Shown here: in pieces, positions 17,853-27,753 of the stretch
How positions within the stretch are numbered: position 1 is the stretch's first letter
Layout of the letters: each line of letters starts with the position of its first letter
Virus record (IMG/VR): IMGVR_UViG_3300035181_002522
Location: 1-64,000 of that record
Length of the DNA: 64,000 nt
DNA from: a virus
Reading direction: 5' to 3' (one strand)
Notes under the pieces: generated by a model
Database searches by the model: none
What the model was told of the DNA's origin: nothing
What the model saw: the letters and a program-made list of their open reading frames with translations, nothing else
Translations under genes and position numbers: made by a program

Positions 17853-18645
17853 ATTTTTTTATAAATGTTAAATTATTTTTAAGACAATGGAACATAAACG
17901 CATCAGTTAGGTCTTGGTCTTTACTGATGCTACAACCAGTCCCTATTGTTCCACCTTTCCATGAGCCTTTATTATCACCAACTTCTTTATCGTATGTAAT
18001 GTCCATGCTACACTGAACGATTGGTTTCTTAAACCATTGTAGCCACCAAAACCAGCCTTCGTTAAAGCGCCATTCTCTTTCCTCTATATAACATTCAGCG
18101 TTTATCAGCTCTCTATCAAAATCGGCAAATGCAAATTTAACCTTTGGCAGTTGTTCTTTTATTTTTGCTATAGAATTAAAATGCTCAATGGACCGTGTGG
18201 TATTAAGTTTCTGCGTATATTCAAATAATAGATTTTGGTTTAAGTCAAATACTCTGTGTGCATAAAATCGCCATGATAACCAGGGTATCCTAAAATACTT
18301 TGATTTTGTTGTAGAACTGTCGTGAGTTTGCGGACCATATCTGAAGGTAATCCTATCTTCATATAGAGAAAATACATATTCATTTGGAAAAATCTCAAAG
18401 AACGATTTATTAACTGGCTACTGTGTATGCAAGCTAATATCAGTATATTCATGAAGAACTTTATGTGGTTTAATTAACCCATCAAGTAGTTTGAAATAAA
18501 ACTGCCAGCCTAAACCTCTAATATAGAAATTAGCTTCGTTTTCCTCACCTTTAGATTTAACCGTTACTGAATACCATCGCTCTCTTGGTCGTTCATAGTA
18601 AATCGTAAGAAATTTATTTTCAAATTTTTTATCGCCATTGTTCAA
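17836..18645 (-). pseudogene. ~270-codon phage protein gene interrupted by an in-frame TAG (18418-18420)
   Basis: The frame stays open for 193 codons after the TAG (...EEREWR...EVGDNKGSWKGGTIG...) until TAA at 17836. Confidence 0.7.
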
Positions 18646-18904
18646 AGTCTAGTTCACTTTTTTCTTCAGTGAGCGCATTTAAAATTGCAACAGCATGATT
18701 TCCAGTTGCACTACAATATCCTTGATACGCTCCTGGAACCGCAATGTCCCAATGCTTAATGACGCTCCAGATTTTATTGAACAAAACCATTTCAATTTCT
18801 TCATCAGTAGGGTCTCGCCACGGCTTTGTTTGCTTCCATGGCTGACTGATTGCATCAAGCTCAACTACAGTTTTTTCACTAAATAAATCAGTTTGTTCTG
18901 CCAT
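18629..18904 (-). CDS. hypothetical protein
   Basis: Likely start MAEQTDLF after GAGG RBS. Confidence 0.7.
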   Translation of the reverse strand: MAEQTDLFSEKTVVELDAISQPWKQTKPWRDPTDEEIEMVLFNKIWSVIKHWDIAVPGAYQGYCSATGNHAVAILNALTEEKSELDFEQWR

Positions 18905-18925
18905 AATGAATTCCTCACATTGATT

Positions 18926-18981
18926 CTTGTACACTCTCGAGGTTTTTCACTAAAAATGTACAGTGATCGAGAGTGTACAAG
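18926..18981. repeat. 15-bp inverted repeat (26-nt spacer), intergenic
   Basis: CTTGTACACTCTCGA ... TCGAGAGTGTACAAG. Confidence 0.8.
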
Positions 18982-18991
18982 CTGTTAAACT

Positions 18992-19390
18992 CTATTGATA
19001 TTTTTGAATGATTGGAGTATGATTTGGTCCAACCCATGAACTAGGTTTTTTAATATCAAATTTATAACCGCGTTTACTGTCGTCTGCAGATTCAACCATG
19101 ACTTTTTCCATGTTGGCTCGCTGCACTTCGTCCCAATGTTCTCTCCACTGTTGAGTTGAGATGCCCATAAATTGGGCAGCACCGTAAGTCACATAGACGA
19201 TATCAACTAGGGCGTCAATTGCACCTTCGAGGTCATTTTCTTCATGAGCTTTGATTAATTCAGCTAATTCTTCTTTGATGAATTTAATTCGAAAATCATA
19301 TTCATCACCAGTAAGAAGTTGTGGTTTTGCAGCGAGTGGAACTTGATACTTTGTATGAAAGTCTAAAACATCCTGAAATTGCTTTGCCAT
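18992..19390 (-). CDS. MazG-like/PRA-PH family nucleoside triphosphate pyrophosphohydrolase (dCTPase/dUTPase candidate)
   Basis: VLDFH, FIKEELAEL, DALVDIVYV, EVQRANMEK, KKPSSW all-alpha NTP-PPase motifs. Confidence 0.8.
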   Translation of the reverse strand: MAKQFQDVLDFHTKYQVPLAAKPQLLTGDEYDFRIKFIKEELAELIKAHEENDLEGAIDALVDIVYVTYGAAQFMGISTQQWREHWDEVQRANMEKVMVESADDSKRGYKFDIKKPSSWVGPNHTPIIQKYQ

Positions 19391-19453
19391 AAAAAACTCC
19401 ATTTTTTATGTTGTTGATTTAAATGATAATTATATCACATTTTGAGTTGAATA

Positions 19454-19675
19454 TTATTCAATATTTTTGATTTGGTCTTCCAATAAAAATGGTTGAACGA
19501 CAGTTTGGCTGACCCCAATGATAGTTTCATTGAGGTGAACTTGGTCAAGATAATCAAGGTCTAAGGTATCAGCCGAATCAACCATCATTATAGCTGCTTC
19601 AGCTGAAGTTGCTTTAACTTTATAACGAACTTTGAAGACACTGATTGCGTCTACATAATATTCTTTTTCAGTCAT
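19454..19675 (-). CDS. hypothetical protein
   Basis: 73-aa ORF overlapping the end of the DnaJ gene. Confidence 0.65.
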   Translation of the reverse strand: MTEKEYYVDAISVFKVRYKVKATSAEAAIMMVDSADTLDLDYLDQVHLNETIIGVSQTVVQPFLLEDQIKNIE

Positions 19676-20456
19676 TTAGTATTTCCTGAAGTTTTTCAAT
19701 TTTTGTTTCAGTTAATTTTGGCAATTCAGCATTTATCGTAATTAATAAATTACCATATTGTCCATTCATATTATAACCCTTACCCTTTAACCTTAATACC
19801 TTTCCTGGTTGAAAATTTTCAGGAATTTTTATAGCCAACTCAGCTCCAGTAAGGATCGTAACTTTAATTCGACCACCAGTGTAAAAATCTATAAGTGGTG
19901 CGGATACAGTCATCGATAAATCATTACCGACTAATTCAAATGTAGCATGCTTTGAAAATTGAATGGTGACAATTATCGGTTTAGGACCATTTTCTGAACT
20001 AACCGTTCCTTCAAACTGAGAGCCTGGAGCTAAGCCAGCGTGAATAGGTAAGTTGATAGGCTCATTGAAGCCAGGTATGTTGATAACAACGTCACCACCC
20101 ATAAAACCTTGCTCAAGCGTTATGGTTTTGTTGACATGCATTGGGATATTCAGGTTAAAACCGCGGAATGGGTCAACATGACCATTAGCATAATGTCGAC
20201 GAATAATCTCTTCAACGTCAGGTCCAAAATGAATATCGCCTGGGTTACCACCATAAACTCGGTTTTGCTGTTTTGGAGGATTTGAAAGAAGTTCATAAGC
20301 TTCTTTTACTTTTTTGAAATACTCTTCATTGCCACCATCGCGGTCTGGATGATGAACTTGGGCCTTTTTTTTAAAAGCCTTTTTAAGTATCGCTTCATCT
20401 TTGGTACCTGCTGGTACATCTAAAAGCTCGTACGCTTCAGCTAAAGTCATTGTCAC
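19668..20456 (-). CDS. dnaJ: DnaJ/CbpA-like co-chaperone (class B)
   Basis: J domain with HPD (HHPDR), EAYELLS; C-terminal substrate-binding domain (LRLKGKG, GNLLI); no Zn finger. Confidence 0.88.
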   Translation of the reverse strand: MTMTLAEAYELLDVPAGTKDEAILKKAFKKKAQVHHPDRDGGNEEYFKKVKEAYELLSNPPKQQNRVYGGNPGDIHFGPDVEEIIRRHYANGHVDPFRGFNLNIPMHVNKTITLEQGFMGGDVVINIPGFNEPINLPIHAGLAPGSQFEGTVSSENGPKPIIVTIQFSKHATFELVGNDLSMTVSAPLIDFYTGGRIKVTILTGAELAIKIPENFQPGKVLRLKGKGYNMNGQYGNLLITINAELPKLTETKIEKLQEILND

Positions 20457-21349
20457 AACAATATCTCCTTCACTTTATCGGCCATGGACTTATTCGCCCG
20501 TGGGAAATCAACTATAGTATAGACAAATAAGTCACCTACTTCTCGTATTGTATCAAATCCTAAATTTTTAAACACTATCGGTTGAGCTCCAACTGTAGAT
20601 GGTAAATTTATAGCAAGTGGAATTGGAGCGCCAGATAAAACTTGGACTTTTGCTGGATGCGGCAAGATGATTTGTTTCTGCTCGAGAACATCGAACATTG
20701 ATACCCTAATGGTCACTGATAAATGAATTCCATTAAGAGCGTAAATTTGATGAGGCTCTAGCAAAACTTTTAACTTAACATCTTTTGAACTTGGTAGCCA
20801 AGATGCGGCACCGAGTAAGCTAACGGTAATGACGCTGTTAGGTAAAGTGTTTGGCTCTATTTTAATTGTGGTTGGGTGAAAGTTTGGAACTTTTATTAGC
20901 GCGCTGCCACCACCTAGCAATTGATGAAGTTGAAATTTGTAACTGACCGTTCCATCTCCATTAAACCCAGCAAAGCCGCTACCAAATTCTCCATTAAACA
21001 GTCGTTGATCGACTAAACTTTCATCAAATTCGACATTTTCCCGCTGTTCCCAAAAATTAATTGCAGGGTCATCAAAACTGGTGAAGGTTCTATTTTCTGA
21101 GAAAATTTTAGTTTGAGATTTGATTCGGTCATCTAAACTAGATGTATAAATCGGTCTAGAAATTATTTCAATCTCTTCTTCAAAGTTTTCTAATAACCAC
21201 TCATAGGCATCCTTTAACTTTGTAAATACTTCCTTTGAACCACCTTTATCAGGATGAGCTTTAGACCTAAGTCTTTTGTAAACTGAAACAATCTTGGTTA
21301 TTGAGGTACTTCGGTCTAAACCTAAAACTTTTAGATATTCATCTAACAT
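20453..21349 (-). CDS. second, divergent DnaJ-like protein
   Basis: YLKVLGL...AHPDKGG...AYEWL J domain plus DnaJ-like C-terminal domain. Confidence 0.8.
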   Translation of the reverse strand: MLDEYLKVLGLDRSTSITKIVSVYKRLRSKAHPDKGGSKEVFTKLKDAYEWLLENFEEEIEIISRPIYTSSLDDRIKSQTKIFSENRTFTSFDDPAINFWEQRENVEFDESLVDQRLFNGEFGSGFAGFNGDGTVSYKFQLHQLLGGGSALIKVPNFHPTTIKIEPNTLPNSVITVSLLGAASWLPSSKDVKLKVLLEPHQIYALNGIHLSVTIRVSMFDVLEQKQIILPHPAKVQVLSGAPIPLAINLPSTVGAQPIVFKNLGFDTIREVGDLFVYTIVDFPRANKSMADKVKEILL

Positions 21350-21351
21350 TA

Positions 21352-21714
21352 TTAAAGTCCTTGCTCAATTGCAGCGCTTGCAAAAACGCGAATTCGCTGC
21401 TCTTCATCTTCACCATTCACAAACCACTCTTTATCTGGAACTGCCTGAAATATGTCACCAACTAGAAGGAGCTCAGCGCACCTCTTGCGCTCTTCTGTTT
21501 TGCCAATATGGTAACAATACCGAAGCATATAATCTAACCCAAGGGTGAGCTGTTTCACATCAATTTCTGAAAGAATAGCTCCACCAGATAAAACATCAAG
21601 TATTGGCTTTAGCTCAGGAGCCCGAAGCTCCTGAGCTATCTTTAAAACTGCATAAAGTGAAATTTCAATCTTAGCAGATTTTTCTTGGAAATTGGTGAGG
21701 TTTTCAGTTGGCAT
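21352..21714 (-). CDS. hypothetical protein
   Basis: 120-aa ORF coupled to the topoisomerase gene. Confidence 0.7.
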   Translation of the reverse strand: MPTENLTNFQEKSAKIEISLYAVLKIAQELRAPELKPILDVLSGGAILSEIDVKQLTLGLDYMLRYCYHIGKTEERKRCAELLLVGDIFQAVPDKEWFVNGEDEEQRIRVFASAAIEQGL

Positions 21715-23072
21715 TAAAGTTTAAGCGCCTTCAGTTCACGAGTGTACATTTTGATTGGGGTATCTTTATTCAGCTCTTCTAGATACTCTTTCTTTTCAGT
21801 GAGCTCTTTTTCTAGCTCATCGATTTTTTCTTTAGTAAGTGCCCAAATTTGCATTGATAGTAATTTATCAGCACTTGAAAAGCCATTTGCTGTCAGTAGA
21901 GTTTGAATTTCAGCCTTACTTGCATTTCTAAACTGTTTGGTATTGTCAAGATAGAAATTAATAAAACGAATACGTTCATCTAACCATAAAATTTCTTGCT
22001 CTGTTCTGCCGATCAGTGCCTGCCTGCGATCTTCATATTTGTCTAATCGCCATTTTACGAATTCAGCGATGATTTCTTCAACGTTGTTGAATCGTTTCAA
22101 CTCGCCGTTAGTATCCCATAAGGTCAAATTCTCAGTTTCACGAGAGATTAACTTGAAGGTACGCATCAATTCAGCAATTGGTTTTACAGCAATCTGTCGT
22201 GCAACCATAACAGTAAAATCAAAACCGTCTTCATCAGACTGATTAGTAAAGTCTTTGATGATTTCTTTATCTTGCAGCTTATGAAGATGGTCTTCATAAT
22301 TGTCATTTTGAATTCCAATTGGCAACTCGGATATTTTAATGGTACTGCCAACTACTTCAAGTTTACCTGTGATAATAATCTGCTTTGTTTCAGAATCTCT
22401 TTCAACTGTACCTGAAAAACCATTGAACCATGGTACCATAGTATAAGGGACAAGCTGATCACCTTTAAGAATCTTTAAGATAGCATCTTTAAGTTCATTA
22501 GGATTGTACCCTAAGATGTACGTAGAGTGACCGGTTCCCATACCTTCAGAACCATTCACTAAGCTCATTGGTAATAGTGGAATAAAGAATATTGGTTCAA
22601 TCTTGTCTCCATTTGAATAATGGTGTTGCAAGATTAAGTCATCTTCTTTCTTAAAGAGCAACCTAAAATTTGGTGAAAGCTTAGCTTTGATATACCTTGA
22701 TGAAGCTGGAGACTTTGATAGTCGATTACCAAATTGTCCAATACCTTCAATTAGCGGAAGATTATTTGAACCGGCGAATTTTTGTGCAAGGCCAATGATT
22801 GTACCTTGCATTGAGCCTGCGCCATGGTGATAGTCAGTATCAGAGCATGCTCTAGCGGCAATTCGTTCTACGGTATCTTTGTCAGCATTCTCTCCACGAC
22901 AAAGCATTCCATAAAGAGCTTTACGGTGAGCTTGCTTCATGCCATCACCAATAAATGAGATGCCACGAACGTTAGAGTGGGCTGAATACAACTTTAGTTG
23001 AGTGTCAATAAAATCAGCAGCACTTAATTTTTCAGTGCTACCAAGTGAAAAGTCGAGTACTTGTTTAGCCAT
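21714..23072 (-). CDS. type II DNA topoisomerase, breakage-reunion subunit (T4 gp52-like)
   Basis: DGMKQAHRK, YHHG, GQFGNR, catalytic SSRY, NGSEGMGTG, ELPIG. Confidence 0.93.
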   Translation of the reverse strand: MAKQVLDFSLGSTEKLSAADFIDTQLKLYSAHSNVRGISFIGDGMKQAHRKALYGMLCRGENADKDTVERIAARACSDTDYHHGAGSMQGTIIGLAQKFAGSNNLPLIEGIGQFGNRLSKSPASSRYIKAKLSPNFRLLFKKEDDLILQHHYSNGDKIEPIFFIPLLPMSLVNGSEGMGTGHSTYILGYNPNELKDAILKILKGDQLVPYTMVPWFNGFSGTVERDSETKQIIITGKLEVVGSTIKISELPIGIQNDNYEDHLHKLQDKEIIKDFTNQSDEDGFDFTVMVARQIAVKPIAELMRTFKLISRETENLTLWDTNGELKRFNNVEEIIAEFVKWRLDKYEDRRQALIGRTEQEILWLDERIRFINFYLDNTKQFRNASKAEIQTLLTANGFSSADKLLSMQIWALTKEKIDELEKELTEKKEYLEELNKDTPIKMYTRELKALKL

Positions 23073-23081
23073 TGTTATTCC

Positions 23082-24971
23082 TTAATCGTAGGTTCTGAAA
23101 TAGCTGGCATCTTGTAGCCAAACTTTTCGATCATTTGCAAGTGCATTTGAAAATGCAAGGTCAAATTTCTGCAAATCTGCATGGTCCAAACTTTTTATTT
23201 GAACCAAATATTTTTCACGATTTTCAACTATCTTTTTAAATTGCGCGGTTTCAAATGTTCCAAGACCCTTGAAATATTCAAATGAATGTTTTTTGCCTTG
23301 TTTAGCCCAATCTTTGTATTCTTCTTCAGTGAAGAATTCCAATTGTTCCTTATTACAGGTGACAATATACAATGGAGTACTCAACCTGTAAATAACTCCC
23401 ATTGAATATAACTCGGGCCAGAACCTTGCAAAGATGTTAAGAAGTAAAGAGCTCAAATGAAAACCGTCTAAATCTTGGTCGCACATGAGGCAGATTTTTC
23501 CAAAACGAAGGTCCTTAATATCTTTAACTGGTTCGCCTAAGCTTAATCCAGTAATGGTCAAAAGATTTTTTATCTCTTCGTTGTTGACTATTTGCTCGAC
23601 CTTTGCATCAGTCACATTTAATGGCTTACCTTTAAGAGCAAATGAACCGATATATGGATTTTTTCCACGAGCCGATTGAATCGCCTTTGCAGCTGAATCC
23701 CCTTCTGATAAGTACAATTCACAAAGGTGACGGTCCTTCCGCTCATTTGCGTCATTGAATTTTTCGACACGACGTGGATCGCGCTTTGACGTGTCCTTGT
23801 TCATCTTTTTCAATTCAGCGAGTTCAGCTTGTCTAGCTTTTGCTTCAACCCATGACAGAACAGCTTGAATGATACTTGACTGTGTTAATTGACGAATGAA
23901 TTTGTCAGATACTTTCCAGTTAGTTTTCCATTCAGAGACAGGTGAAATCATATTCTCTTTAGTCTGTGAAGAAAACTTTGGGCGATTGATATTGGCCGAG
24001 ATGTACAGGCGCATATGAGCTCTTACATCTCCTGGCTTTAGGTCAACCTTATGCTTTTTCTTGAAGTATTCTCTTAAGCGCTCTACAATCTGCCAGGCCA
24101 CATAATCAACATGAGTGCCACCTTGATATGTTTCAACGGCATTAACGAAGCTGATTTGCTCAAATGTATCACTAGCAGAGATGCCGATTTTCCAATCATC
24201 ATTAGCTAAATCAACGATATATTCGTCAGTGTATAAAGCAATGTAGTCAGAAAATGAACGAATTTGAATGCGATCACCATTGATGTAAAACTTGACCGCG
24301 GTATTATTTGCCGCAGCATCAACAATTTTTTTGATTAGTTTAAGCTTATGGTCTTCATCTAAGCTGTCAAGCTTAAAGAATTCATAGTCTGGTGTGAACG
24401 TAGTTCTAGTAAAACTTTTGGCGTAATTAGTAATCTTTGGATTTGAACGTTCTCTTAAACCATTCCAAAATTCTTGCTTGAACAATTGTTTACCATCACA
24501 ACTTTCAATCTTAAAGTTTGAACTTAAGATGTTGCAAAGGGTAGCCCCAATGCCATTTGTTCCAATTAGCTGTTGATCAACATCGTCATTGAAATTTGAA
24601 CCGGCACGCAGGTTTGAAAAGATGGTTTCAGCGATATATTGACCAGTCTGTTCATGAATTTGAACTGGAATACCGCGACCATTATCGAAGATAGAAATTG
24701 AACCATCATCGTGAAAATCGACGCGAATTGAATCTAAAGTTTCTGGAGCTCTTTTGTGCTCGTCTATAGAATTGTCTAGAATTTCAGAGAAGATTTTGAT
24801 GAAGGCCGGGATGTAGGTAATCTCGCGACGTTCCATCTTTTTAGTTTGTTGATTATAAATCCATTCCTCTGAAGTTTGGCTGGCAATTGAACCAGCGTAC
24901 ATACCAGTTCTTTTTCTGACATGTTCTATCTCATCAAGAACTTGATAAGTTTGCTGAATATGTTTTGACAT
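23082..24971 (-). CDS. type II DNA topoisomerase, ATPase/TOPRIM subunit (T4 gp39+60-like)
   Basis: EHVRKRTGMY, EILDNSID, DNGRGIP, GTNGIG, EGDSA, DQDLDG, YFKGLG; likely start MSKHIQQ. Confidence 0.95.
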   Translation of the reverse strand: MSKHIQQTYQVLDEIEHVRKRTGMYAGSIASQTSEEWIYNQQTKKMERREITYIPAFIKIFSEILDNSIDEHKRAPETLDSIRVDFHDDGSISIFDNGRGIPVQIHEQTGQYIAETIFSNLRAGSNFNDDVDQQLIGTNGIGATLCNILSSNFKIESCDGKQLFKQEFWNGLRERSNPKITNYAKSFTRTTFTPDYEFFKLDSLDEDHKLKLIKKIVDAAANNTAVKFYINGDRIQIRSFSDYIALYTDEYIVDLANDDWKIGISASDTFEQISFVNAVETYQGGTHVDYVAWQIVERLREYFKKKHKVDLKPGDVRAHMRLYISANINRPKFSSQTKENMISPVSEWKTNWKVSDKFIRQLTQSSIIQAVLSWVEAKARQAELAELKKMNKDTSKRDPRRVEKFNDANERKDRHLCELYLSEGDSAAKAIQSARGKNPYIGSFALKGKPLNVTDAKVEQIVNNEEIKNLLTITGLSLGEPVKDIKDLRFGKICLMCDQDLDGFHLSSLLLNIFARFWPELYSMGVIYRLSTPLYIVTCNKEQLEFFTEEEYKDWAKQGKKHSFEYFKGLGTFETAQFKKIVENREKYLVQIKSLDHADLQKFDLAFSNALANDRKVWLQDASYFRTYD

Positions 24972-25108
24972 AAAAGTCCTAAAATTTAAAGTAGAAAATA
25001 ATAACAAATCTATCTCTAAATGTACATTAGAGACAGGCTTGTAATATTATTTATTATGTGAAAAAGGTCTCATTTTAGTAAAACCTTTCAAGATGAAAGC
25101 TAAAAACT

Positions 25109-25768
25109 TTAAACTGAGATAAACTGAGAAACATTTTGTGGACGTTGATGAGTTGAATAGACTTCATACTGTTGACCAAAACAACCTTTCCCTATCTGCC
25201 CCCAAGCTTCCTCAACGGTATCCCATTGAGTAATTTGCCTTCCATTAAAATTTTGTTGAACATCTACATATTTTTCAGCTAAAATTTCTTCAACAGTTTC
25301 TTGTGGTGGAACAACTTCAATAAAGTCGTGACATTCCTTAATATAGAGATGCGCTAACCAGTTAACCGCTATCAAATCGGTATTAGTAGTTTCCATATCA
25401 TGGAAATATTTGCTGGCTCTTATGAGCTGTTCTTTATCCCATTCTGTTCCAACAATAATCTTTTTAATGTCAAGAAATTTCAAAGCATCGCTGTGATCAG
25501 CAAGTCCATAATCGGCTTCTGCTTTGCCACCCATAAAACGAGTAACGTAATTACCCGTGAAAAACAAATAATTCTGTTTTTCATCTTCATCGTAATCGAT
25601 ACTGACGTAAATATCGCGATATCGCGATAAATCGGTACCCAGCTCATCGATGAATTCGTCTTTGAGAGTACCATTTAGCAACTTTTCAATGCTTTCTTCG
25701 GTTAAACCTAGTGCCTTTAAAAAGTGTTCGCTTCTACTTAATCTTTTTGAAAGTTCTTCAATGTTCAT
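25109..25768 (-). CDS. hypothetical protein
   Basis: Likely start MNIEEL overlapping the upstream stop. Confidence 0.7.
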   Translation of the reverse strand: MNIEELSKRLSRSEHFLKALGLTEESIEKLLNGTLKDEFIDELGTDLSRYRDIYVSIDYDEDEKQNYLFFTGNYVTRFMGGKAEADYGLADHSDALKFLDIKKIIVGTEWDKEQLIRASKYFHDMETTNTDLIAVNWLAHLYIKECHDFIEVVPPQETVEEILAEKYVDVQQNFNGRQITQWDTVEEAWGQIGKGCFGQQYEVYSTHQRPQNVSQFISV

Positions 25769-26586
25769 GACCAATCCCATTCTTTGCCAATTAAAACTGT
25801 ACCACCATCAGCATAAATTTCGTGCAGGTAATAGATTTCATTAAGTTTAGACCGTAAACCAATAAAACCATATTCACCACTGATAATCGGCTTAGAATGG
25901 TTTTTAAAATGACAAGCATGGTTTACAAATTTTTCAAGCTCTGCTTTATGAAAGCGCATCACTGGAAAAATCCTATTACCAAAAATGTCATCTTGAGTAT
26001 TACTTCCAGCGATAGCTTCATCAGCGGTTTCATAAACAGGGACACTTGATAATTGAATACCTTCTTCAAAGAAGATATTGTCATACCAATCTTGTGGAAT
26101 AATTTCATCCCAAATGGTATCTTTTACTTCAAAGCTTGAACCAGGAAATTCCACTAGTTGAAAGCTAATTATAGCATCAACTTTGTCTGGATTGCCAGAC
26201 TGCATAAAATTCAAGCCAGTTGATTTTTTTTCAACCAATCGTTTTACAAGCGGGTCAGCCAAATATGCGGCTATGCTTGCGTATTCGCTCGAGTTTGATC
26301 GACCTCCATTAGCATTTTCCATGAATTTTACCGAGGTGATAACCCCAGAAAGCGTTTTTTTGTTGAAGTTTTCTGGTGAACCAAAGTAATTAGCTGGAAA
26401 TGGATTGCTAATATAGCCACTGCCTGCATTAACACAACCACCAAATTCACTTGTTACGCCGGGGATTGATAACACCACCCAAATTTCACTTGTGTCGTGT
26501 TTTTCTGGACCCTTGTGAACCAGTGCATAGTGAGCCACATAAACGTCAATTGGAGTGTTTGGTTTGAAGTATTCGTAATCTTTCAT
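25765..26586 (-). CDS. hypothetical protein
   Basis: 273-aa ORF with ATGA overlap. Confidence 0.75.
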   Translation of the reverse strand: MKDYEYFKPNTPIDVYVAHYALVHKGPEKHDTSEIWVVLSIPGVTSEFGGCVNAGSGYISNPFPANYFGSPENFNKKTLSGVITSVKFMENANGGRSNSSEYASIAAYLADPLVKRLVEKKSTGLNFMQSGNPDKVDAIISFQLVEFPGSSFEVKDTIWDEIIPQDWYDNIFFEEGIQLSSVPVYETADEAIAGSNTQDDIFGNRIFPVMRFHKAELEKFVNHACHFKNHSKPIISGEYGFIGLRSKLNEIYYLHEIYADGGTVLIGKEWDWS

Positions 26587-27194
26587 AGTGCGTTAACCAA
26601 ATTGTCGATATGGTCGCGACGGTTGCGGTCATTGATTTCTTTTGCGGTTTCTTTGGTGATTTCGAATGCTTTGCTGATTGTTGCATTAACGAATTCTTCT
26701 ATGTTATTCAGCAACGGGATGTTATAACCTACTGTACTGTGACCTTCAGCTTCAAGTTCAGCTATTCTTTCAGCTCTACGTTGATCACGGGCCGTCGCCT
26801 TTTGTTGACGTTCAACTGCTTTATCAGCCGCTTTTTGTTGAGCTTGTTTTTGACGTTCAGCTGCTTTGGCTTGGCGTTCAAGCTTTTTAGCTTCATTGTC
26901 GCCGGATTTTTTTGATCGAAGTTCAGAAATACTTGCTTTTTTCTCAGCTCTAGCAACTTCCAGCTCAGCATTTACAGCTTCAAGTTGTTTCAACAACTCT
27001 ACACGATGGCCCATGACTGCATCATATTCCAATTTAACGGTAAAACTCATTTGACTTTTACCCTTATTTTGTTCGCGTTCACCCACTAAACGAGGTCGAA
27101 TCTCTCCTAGTTTACCATTTGCAGCTTTAAGTTCGGTTAAAATTTGAAGTTGACGGTCTTTGACTTGACGAAAGTTTGACATTTTCTGCTCCAT
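26583..27194 (-). CDS. coiled-coil hypothetical protein
   Basis: 203 aa, K/E/A/Q-rich helical; early-type promoter upstream. Confidence 0.75.
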   Translation of the reverse strand: MEQKMSNFRQVKDRQLQILTELKAANGKLGEIRPRLVGEREQNKGKSQMSFTVKLEYDAVMGHRVELLKQLEAVNAELEVARAEKKASISELRSKKSGDNEAKKLERQAKAAERQKQAQQKAADKAVERQQKATARDQRRAERIAELEAEGHSTVGYNIPLLNNIEEFVNATISKAFEITKETAKEINDRNRRDHIDNLVNAL

Positions 27195-27216
27195 TCAGCG
27201 ATTATGTTATAAACAG

Positions 27217-27245
27217 ATTATACATCCTTTTTGAAGAATGTACAC
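27217..27245 (-). promoter_or_regulatory. early/sigma70-type promoter
   Basis: GTGTAC-17 nt-TATAAT on the minus strand. Confidence 0.6.
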
Positions 27246-27250
27246 TGTTT

Positions 27251-27733
27251 TTAGCTACTCAGTGATACGGACTTCTCACTTTCAGTCGGTAAAAAACGAA
27301 TTAGCTTATTACACGACGAATGACTATTAAGTGTCATCATCGTCGAGACAACAATGTCTGTCATGGAAATCGCTGATTTTTCGTTTGCCTTTTTCAGCAG
27401 AGCAATGACTTCCAGCGCAAGTGTCAAAGTTTCCCAGTTTTGTTGAGATACGAGTCGGATAACAATGTTGTGTTCTTTATTCCAGTATGTCGTGCACAAC
27501 GGGCCAAACTTGTCATTGCTAACCGTGAATTGTGTGGTAAATCCAATGCGCTCCAGCTTTATCATCAAGTCTGAAGATTTCATCATGAAGACATCTTCTT
27601 CAAAGACAAGGTAGTCTACCTCCAAAGTCTGCAAAAATACCCTGGAGTGAACTGAGTTTCTTTCTCGCCAATGCGCCATAATATTGCGAGGAGATTCTTT
27701 TCCTTGTAGCAAGTTTTTTATTATTTCGATCAT
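27251..27733 (-). CDS. hypothetical protein
   Basis: Likely start MIEIIK after GGAG RBS. Confidence 0.7.
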   Translation of the reverse strand: MIEIIKNLLQGKESPRNIMAHWRERNSVHSRVFLQTLEVDYLVFEEDVFMMKSSDLMIKLERIGFTTQFTVSNDKFGPLCTTYWNKEHNIVIRLVSQQNWETLTLALEVIALLKKANEKSAISMTDIVVSTMMTLNSHSSCNKLIRFLPTESEKSVSLSS

Positions 27734-27753
27734 TTGAATTTCTCCGTTTTTGA

